DNA from: Rhodothermales bacterium
GTDB taxonomy: Bacteria > Bacteroidota > Rhodothermia > Rhodothermales > UBA10348
NCBI GenBank assembly: GCA_029249345.1
Contig: JAQWHM010000011.1
Span: 25,916-89,915 of the forward strand
Length of the DNA stretch: 64,000 bases
Direction of reading: 5' to 3'
Shown: one piece after another, positions 59,138-64,000 of the stretch
Position numbering within the stretch: position 1 is the first letter of the stretch
Layout of the letters: every line of letters starts with the position of its first letter
The notes under the pieces: generated by a model
Told to the model about the DNA's origin: nothing
Database searches by the model: none
Seen by the model: the letters and a program-made list of their open reading frames with translations, nothing else
Position numbers and translations under genes: made by a program

Positions 59138-59170
59138 TTTGAACGAGTTTATCACAAGTGCGTATCTTTG
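59138..59170 (+). promoter_or_regulatory. tRNA promoter
   Basis: TTTG-21 bp-TATCTTTG (Bacteroidota -33/-7 consensus); also reads as TTGAAC-18 bp-TATCTT. Confidence 0.55.
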
Positions 59171-59211
59171 CGCCCAATCCCGTGCTCGCTTTCCGGTGAA
59201 CGCGTTGTTTT

Positions 59212-59284
59212 GGGCCCGTAGCTCAGTGGTCAGAGCTGTCGACTCATAATCGATAGGTCGCAGGTTCAAGTCCTGCCGGGCCCA
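59212..59284 (+). tRNA. tRNA with CAT anticodon, most likely tRNA-Ile2 (lysidine-modified); CCA not encoded
   Basis: Cloverleaf GGGCCCG/CGGGCCC-A; anticodon arm GTCGA-CTCATAA-TCGAT; TTCAAG T-loop; C4-G69 and C5-G68 TilS determinants; resembles E. coli ileX. Confidence 0.93.
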
Positions 59285-59288
59285 CTAG

Positions 59289-59328
59289 AACCCCATGTAT
59301 GCCAGAGGCCTACATGGGGTTTTGTTTT
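59289..59328 (+). terminator. Terminator after the tRNA
   Basis: AACCCCATGTA...TACATGGGGTT followed by TTGTTTT. Confidence 0.75.
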
Positions 59329-59697
59329 ACGGACGATAATTACCCAAGATTTGACTCACTTAGAGACGACGGTAAAAGGTAGCGCGAGAACTAAATGCTC
59401 CATCCCCTCACTGCCTTCGTCTCGGTCATTCCGAGCAGTCAGGATTATAAAAGAATTATCATCCCTAGACGCTACTAACTGCAGCAGAAGGAAGGCTTGG
59501 GCTACCAATAACACGTCAGCTTGCAGGAGCGCAGAGTAAAAACCAACTCGCACGGCCTAATATTTACCTGTATGCGTATCGTGGGGATCACTTATCTCTC
59601 TAAAACCCGAATCCGAAAAATAATATGATGTGAATTATGTATAATGATAAGGATACATACTCCTATATCCGTAATGATCCTTTTCGAGGCATTATCA

Positions 59698-60246
59698 ATG
59701 AAAACAATTCTTCCTGTACTCGCCTTTACGGCATTTTTCGCCGGCTGCCAGATGGCAGAAGCCCCCGCAGAAGAGGCCCAAGACCCTGTAGAACCCACTA
59801 CTACAGATGCCTCCTTTGATGCCATAAAATCGTTGGAAGGCACGTGGAACGGAACCATGGCATTCGACGACGGCCGCGAAGATGTATCCATCTTAAGTGA
59901 ATTCAAAGTGGTCTCGGGTGGCAATACGGTCATCGAGAAATGGATCGAAGACGGTGTGGAGATGGCGACGACCTTTACCATGGAAGATGGTAGAATGCTC
60001 ACCAAACATTATTGTGTTCTTGGGACTGAGCCTTCGTTTCAAAGTACCATGAGCACGGACGGAACTATCGACTTTACGCTACGTGACGACGTCCCATACG
60101 AAATGGGCGTAAACGACTTCTTGGCCAGTATGTCATTCGACCTCTCAGAAGTCGAATCAAATTCAATGAGCCGTAGTGGGGTCGTCTCAGTTGGCGGCGA
60201 AGACATAACCTCCTCAGCAGTACTGACAAGAACAACGGACGAATAG
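59698..60246 (+). CDS. Hypothetical lipoprotein (probable beta-barrel/lipocalin-like fold)
   Basis: Lipobox FAGC; FDAIKSLEGTWNG and LTKHYCVLG motifs. Confidence 0.8.
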   Translation: MKTILPVLAFTAFFAGCQMAEAPAEEAQDPVEPTTTDASFDAIKSLEGTWNGTMAFDDGREDVSILSEFKVVSGGNTVIEKWIEDGVEMATTFTMEDGRMLTKHYCVLGTEPSFQSTMSTDGTIDFTLRDDVPYEMGVNDFLASMSFDLSEVESNSMSRSGVVSVGGEDITSSAVLTRTTDE

Positions 60247-60270
60247 CCCCATGGCGCAAATGTAATTGCG

Positions 60271-60307
60271 AAAGCCTCGCTAGTCTTGGACTAGCGGGGC
60301 TTTTTTT
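60271..60307 (+). terminator. Intrinsic terminator
   Basis: AAAGCCTCGCTAGTC-TTG-GACTAGCGGGGCTTT with a T7 run. Confidence 0.85.
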
Positions 60308-60465
60308 GTGTTAAACATGTCGCTCAACTAAGTACATCCATTCATACGAATAGAGAGGCCTGAAAATTAGGGGTTCTCAGACACGACTGTTATTCTAATA
60401 AGCCCCTAAAAACCGTAGGACTTTGATCTCGCTTCCAACAACTTATAATTAACCACCCAACCAGA

Positions 60466-60957
60466 ATGTCAGATACACTTTCAAAAACCTGCTCTCTCTT
60501 CTTCATTGCTCTTCTTATATCCGGAAATGCGGTGAACGCGCAAGAAGCCGATCCAAGTGACGTTAGTTCAGTTGATGCCATTATTCAGGCTTATTACGAA
60601 GTCGTTTCTGGTCCTGCGGGTGAAATTCCTGACATAATGAGGGATAAAACGCTTCATCACCCTAGTGCATGGATTGCGATTGCTGGAACCGATGACGAAG
60701 GAAACCCTGTTGTTCAGACAATGGACCTGGATGGTTTTTATGGTGAAAATGCGCCCCGCACCGAAGGTTTTTTCGAGTGGGAAACCGATCGGCAAATCCG
60801 TCGATCAGGCAATATGGTCAGTGTATGGAGTAGCTATGCCACGTCTCTAACCGAAGGTGGTGAGCCGTACACTCGTGGCGTAAACACCATCACGCTGTGG
60901 TTTGATGGAAACCGATGGTGGGTGATGAATTGGATGTTTGATACGACCGACGGCTAG
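60466..60957 (+). CDS. Exported NTF2/SnoaL-like fold protein
   Basis: Signal peptide; DVSSVDAIIQAYYEVVSG, VWSSY, RGVNTITL, RWWV. Confidence 0.75.
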   Translation: MSDTLSKTCSLFFIALLISGNAVNAQEADPSDVSSVDAIIQAYYEVVSGPAGEIPDIMRDKTLHHPSAWIAIAGTDDEGNPVVQTMDLDGFYGENAPRTEGFFEWETDRQIRRSGNMVSVWSSYATSLTEGGEPYTRGVNTITLWFDGNRWWVMNWMFDTTDG

Positions 60958-61014
60958 CACGCATTGCTCATAGTATCGATAAGCCGCAGACTTGCGTCCT
61001 GCGAACCTTACTAA

Positions 61015-61057
61015 ACCTAGAAGCCCCGATTGCGATACGCAATCGGGGCTTCTAGGT
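61015..61057. repeat. 20-bp perfect inverted repeat between convergent genes
   Basis: ACCTAGAAGCCCCGATTGCG-ATA-CGCAATCGGGGCTTCTAGGT. Confidence 0.85.
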
Positions 61058-61074
61058 AACAACCAATAGCGAGA

Positions 61075-61275
61075 TTAACCGCCAATTTCGCAGGTCATGT
61101 CGTCGCCACAGCACATGGGCGATTTAACCTTGCCATGACCATCCGGACACTGAGATACTGCCACTTGAGCGCCTGAGCCGGTCGTAATGGTAGAATGAAC
61201 GAGTTCTTTATTGCAATGTCCACAGGTCATTGAACCCACACTCATTCCGCATTTTCCGCATGAATATGCTGCCAT
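61075..61275 (-). CDS. 66-aa Cys-rich metal-binding protein (desulforedoxin-like ends)
   Basis: MAAYSCGKCGMSV...CGHC...CPDGH...PMCCGDDMTC; 8 Cys, 3 His; ATG 61275 inside the longer ORF-track call. Confidence 0.8.
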   Translation of the reverse strand: MAAYSCGKCGMSVGSMTCGHCNKELVHSTITTGSGAQVAVSQCPDGHGKVKSPMCCGDDMTCEIGG

Positions 61276-61406
61276 CGAACTTCCTCTGATTTGAGATTGA
61301 ATTTTTGCTGCTTTAAATCTAACACTTGCAGCGCTATGAGTCGAGTCGCTTGTTCTTTTAACAGTGTGGAGGCGTAGTTTCCGACACCTAAAACCAAGAC
61401 CCTCGA

Positions 61407-62579
61407 ATGCAAAGACCATTTATTCGCCCCATGCCGGGTAGGGACATCACTGAATCCCACCGACCGGCCACTCCACTTGAGTTATTTTTTGATCTCGTTT
61501 GCGTTATTGCGATCGCTAGCGCTGCCGCAGGTTTACATCATGCAATCGCTGAAAATCACATAGGAATAGGAATTCTGACCTTTACCTACGCTTTTGGATC
61601 CATTTGGTGGGCGTGGATGAACTTCACTTGGTTCGCCTCAGCCTATGATAATGATGACATCCCCTATCGAATTGCCGTGTTTGTGATGATTGGTGGCGCG
61701 ATGCTTATCGCTGCCGGAATCCCAGCCATGATGGTCGATCAGGACTCTACCCTTGGATTGACGGGCTACATTATTATGAGGTTAGCGCTCGTCTCGCTTT
61801 GGCTTCGTGCAGGCAAACATGACCCCTCCAGACGAACTACGGCCATCCGATATGCTGTCGGCATTTCTATGTGCCAGACCCTTTGGATAGTCGGTGTCTT
61901 ATTCGTCCCAGCTGAATTTTTCTTCTGGTTTTTTCCGTTCGCATTCATTTGTGAATGGGCCGTTCCATGGTATGCAGAAAAGGCAGCCGGTACCCCTTGG
62001 CATAAAGGTCATATTGCAGAACGATATGGTCTACTTACGATAATCGTCCTAGGCGAGTCATTACTTGCGCTCTCCATGGCCATTTCTGCTTCTGGAGAAA
62101 TTGGTTCCTGGAGTTTCGAACAACACATGCTCATTTTGAGTGGCTTAATCATTGTCTTCTCTATGTGGTGGTTGTATTTCAGCGAGTCTGAGCACCTAGC
62201 ACTAGACCGCACCGAATCCGGATTTATTTGGGGCTACGGCCACTTGGTTGTATTTGGGTCTGCAGCGGCTGTTGGAGCCGGCCTCGCTTTAAACGTAGAT
62301 GTGTTATCGGGACATGCCCATGTTGAAGGTTTCATCTCCAATGCGGCTCTTACCATTCCGTCCGCCCTCTTTTTGTTCGGACTCTGGATTGTCCATGACC
62401 AATTCAATCACAAAAAAGGATTCCTTAGATATCTGGTCCCTATCACAGCCCTCTTACTACTAGGGGCCACGTACGTCCCGTTTGCCCCAGCTGCAACGGC
62501 GTTATTACTTACCGGCTGCCTGATGGTCCGTCTCAAACAAGCGTCCTTCATTGACGACTCACATCCCACTGTATCCTAA
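61407..62579 (+). CDS. ltrA: Low temperature requirement protein A family membrane protein
   Basis: TPLELFFDL, IWWAWMNFTWFASAYD, HIAERYGLLTIIVLGES, WWLYF. Confidence 0.9.
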   Translation: MQRPFIRPMPGRDITESHRPATPLELFFDLVCVIAIASAAAGLHHAIAENHIGIGILTFTYAFGSIWWAWMNFTWFASAYDNDDIPYRIAVFVMIGGAMLIAAGIPAMMVDQDSTLGLTGYIIMRLALVSLWLRAGKHDPSRRTTAIRYAVGISMCQTLWIVGVLFVPAEFFFWFFPFAFICEWAVPWYAEKAAGTPWHKGHIAERYGLLTIIVLGESLLALSMAISASGEIGSWSFEQHMLILSGLIIVFSMWWLYFSESEHLALDRTESGFIWGYGHLVVFGSAAAVGAGLALNVDVLSGHAHVEGFISNAALTIPSALFLFGLWIVHDQFNHKKGFLRYLVPITALLLLGATYVPFAPAATALLLTGCLMVRLKQASFIDDSHPTVS

Positions 62580-63937
62580 TGTTCATTAGCGCACTCGATT
62601 TGTTTAAAGTCGGGATTGGCCCCTCCAGCTCCCACACCATGGGTCCCATGGTTGCCGCATTTCGCTTTCGAGAAGAGACCTCGGATCGACTGGGACCCGG
62701 TATGCGGATTCAGTGTCTACTCAAAGGCTCCTTGGCATACACCGGGAAAGGTCACGCCACAGACCGAGCCGTCGTCTTGGGCCTCAATGGGTATGCACCC
62801 GTTGAGTTAATTGATACGGACGTTGCGTGCCTATTAGGCGACCTCTGGGACAAAGAAACCCTTCGGATCGGTGACCAGAAAGTGTCCTTTGAGCCTTCGG
62901 CCGATGTGATTTTCGACCGAGATCATCCACTGCCAGAACACCCCAACGCGATGCTGTTCAGGCTCTTAGGTAAAAATGACGCCGTGATATTCGAAAAAGC
63001 GTTCTTTTCCATTGGAGGAGGATTCATTTCAACGAGAGAAGATATCGGATCTCTTGAGGCCCCTTTGGTCATGGAAGACGCAGCCCCCTTTACTTTTCCG
63101 TTCGAATCGGGCCTAGATATGCTCGACATGTCGGAAGCCAGCGGTTTAACTATTGCAGGCATGAAACGCGAAAACGAACATCTACATCACGGCGATGTAG
63201 AGCTAGACCGCGGCCTCGATACGGTGTGGACAGCCATGAAAAAGTGCGTCGAGAACGGACTCGAATCAGAAGGAACGCTACCAGGCGGGTTAAACGTTCA
63301 GCGCCGGGCGTGTGATCTGTACGAGCAACTAAAGGCTGATTCAATGGCGACACTCAATGACTGGCTCTGCGCGTACGCTATGGCAGTTAATGAAGAGAAC
63401 GCTGCTGGTCATATGGTCGTAACGGCTCCTACGAACGGTGCAGCCGGGGTCATTCCGGCTGTATTGTACTACCTCGTAAAGCATGAGAACATCTCACTGG
63501 ATCAAGTACATGACTTCTTGCTCACGTCGGCTGCCATAGGCGGATTGATTAAACATCGGAGTTCAATATCCGGCGCCGAGGTAGGCTGCCAGGGCGAAGT
63601 AGGCTCGGCCTCTGCCATGGCAGCAGCTGGGTTATGCGCGGTGCGTGGTGGATCTGTAATTCAAGTTGAAAACGCAGCTGAAATCGCACTCGAGCACCAC
63701 CTTGGATTAACATGCGACCCTGTAGCAGGGCTAGTTCAAGTGCCCTGCATCGAGCGAAACGGATTCGGTGCTATCAAAGCGTTTACCGCAGCTTCTCTAG
63801 CCCTGCGTGGTAGTGGACAACATATCATGACGCTGGATGCGTGCATACTTGCCATGAAACAGACCGGCGAGGAAATGTCGCACAAGTTCAAAGAAACCTC
63901 TTTGGGTGGATTAGCCGTCAGCATGACGGAGTGCTAA
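62579..63937 (+). CDS. sdaA: L-serine ammonia-lyase, Fe-S dependent, single chain
   Basis: KVGIGPSSSHTMGPM, GSLAYTGKGH, APTNGAAG, GCQGEVG, CDPVAGLVQVPCIERN, KFKETSLGGLA. Confidence 0.95.
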   Translation: MFISALDLFKVGIGPSSSHTMGPMVAAFRFREETSDRLGPGMRIQCLLKGSLAYTGKGHATDRAVVLGLNGYAPVELIDTDVACLLGDLWDKETLRIGDQKVSFEPSADVIFDRDHPLPEHPNAMLFRLLGKNDAVIFEKAFFSIGGGFISTREDIGSLEAPLVMEDAAPFTFPFESGLDMLDMSEASGLTIAGMKRENEHLHHGDVELDRGLDTVWTAMKKCVENGLESEGTLPGGLNVQRRACDLYEQLKADSMATLNDWLCAYAMAVNEENAAGHMVVTAPTNGAAGVIPAVLYYLVKHENISLDQVHDFLLTSAAIGGLIKHRSSISGAEVGCQGEVGSASAMAAAGLCAVRGGSVIQVENAAEIALEHHLGLTCDPVAGLVQVPCIERNGFGAIKAFTAASLALRGSGQHIMTLDACILAMKQTGEEMSHKFKETSLGGLAVSMTEC

Positions 63938-64000
63938 GTCTTTCTTTTTGCTTCTGAGAACGCTCTTGAATGGTTTCGGTACACGCCGTACCCACTTTTT

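Noticed and set aside
59212-59284. Initiator or elongator tRNA-Met
   Set aside because: It has a paired 1-72 position and lacks the three G-C anticodon-stem pairs of initiator tRNA; the acceptor stem and overall sequence fit Ile2 better than elongator Met, which is not fully excluded
59356-59553. 65-aa ORF as a functional gene
   Set aside because: No convincing start context or complete domain; at most a decayed fragment

Overview
A gene-dense, mostly housekeeping chromosomal segment. It probably comes from a Rhodothermota/Bacteroidota-lineage bacterium; this is inferred from the fused Kgd, GSIII, DUF2795, Cys-free L31, FloA, Bacteroidota-style TonB-dependent receptor and scarce Shine-Dalgarno sites. 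It holds about 57 CDSs, one tRNA-Ile2(CAT) and several intrinsic terminators. I found no CRISPR array, integrase, transposase or rRNA. Best leads: (1) a LacI operator palindrome upstream of lacI/TBDR that recurs upstream of glgP, implying an alpha-glucan regulon; (2) a three-gene PspA (bacterial ESCRT-III) operon with a C-terminal-only PspA paralog and a membrane coiled-coil partner; (3) a 66-aa Cys-rich protein resembling desulforedoxin with a second metal site nested inside; (4) a type III PKS/methyltransferase/FAD-monooxygenase cluster downstream of a Ser/Thr kinase; (5) a Pro-rich repeat extension on KorB showing synonymous-only divergence; (6) two genes interrupted by a single lesion and a porin-like remnant. 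All family assignments come from motif recognition by eye; no database searches were run.
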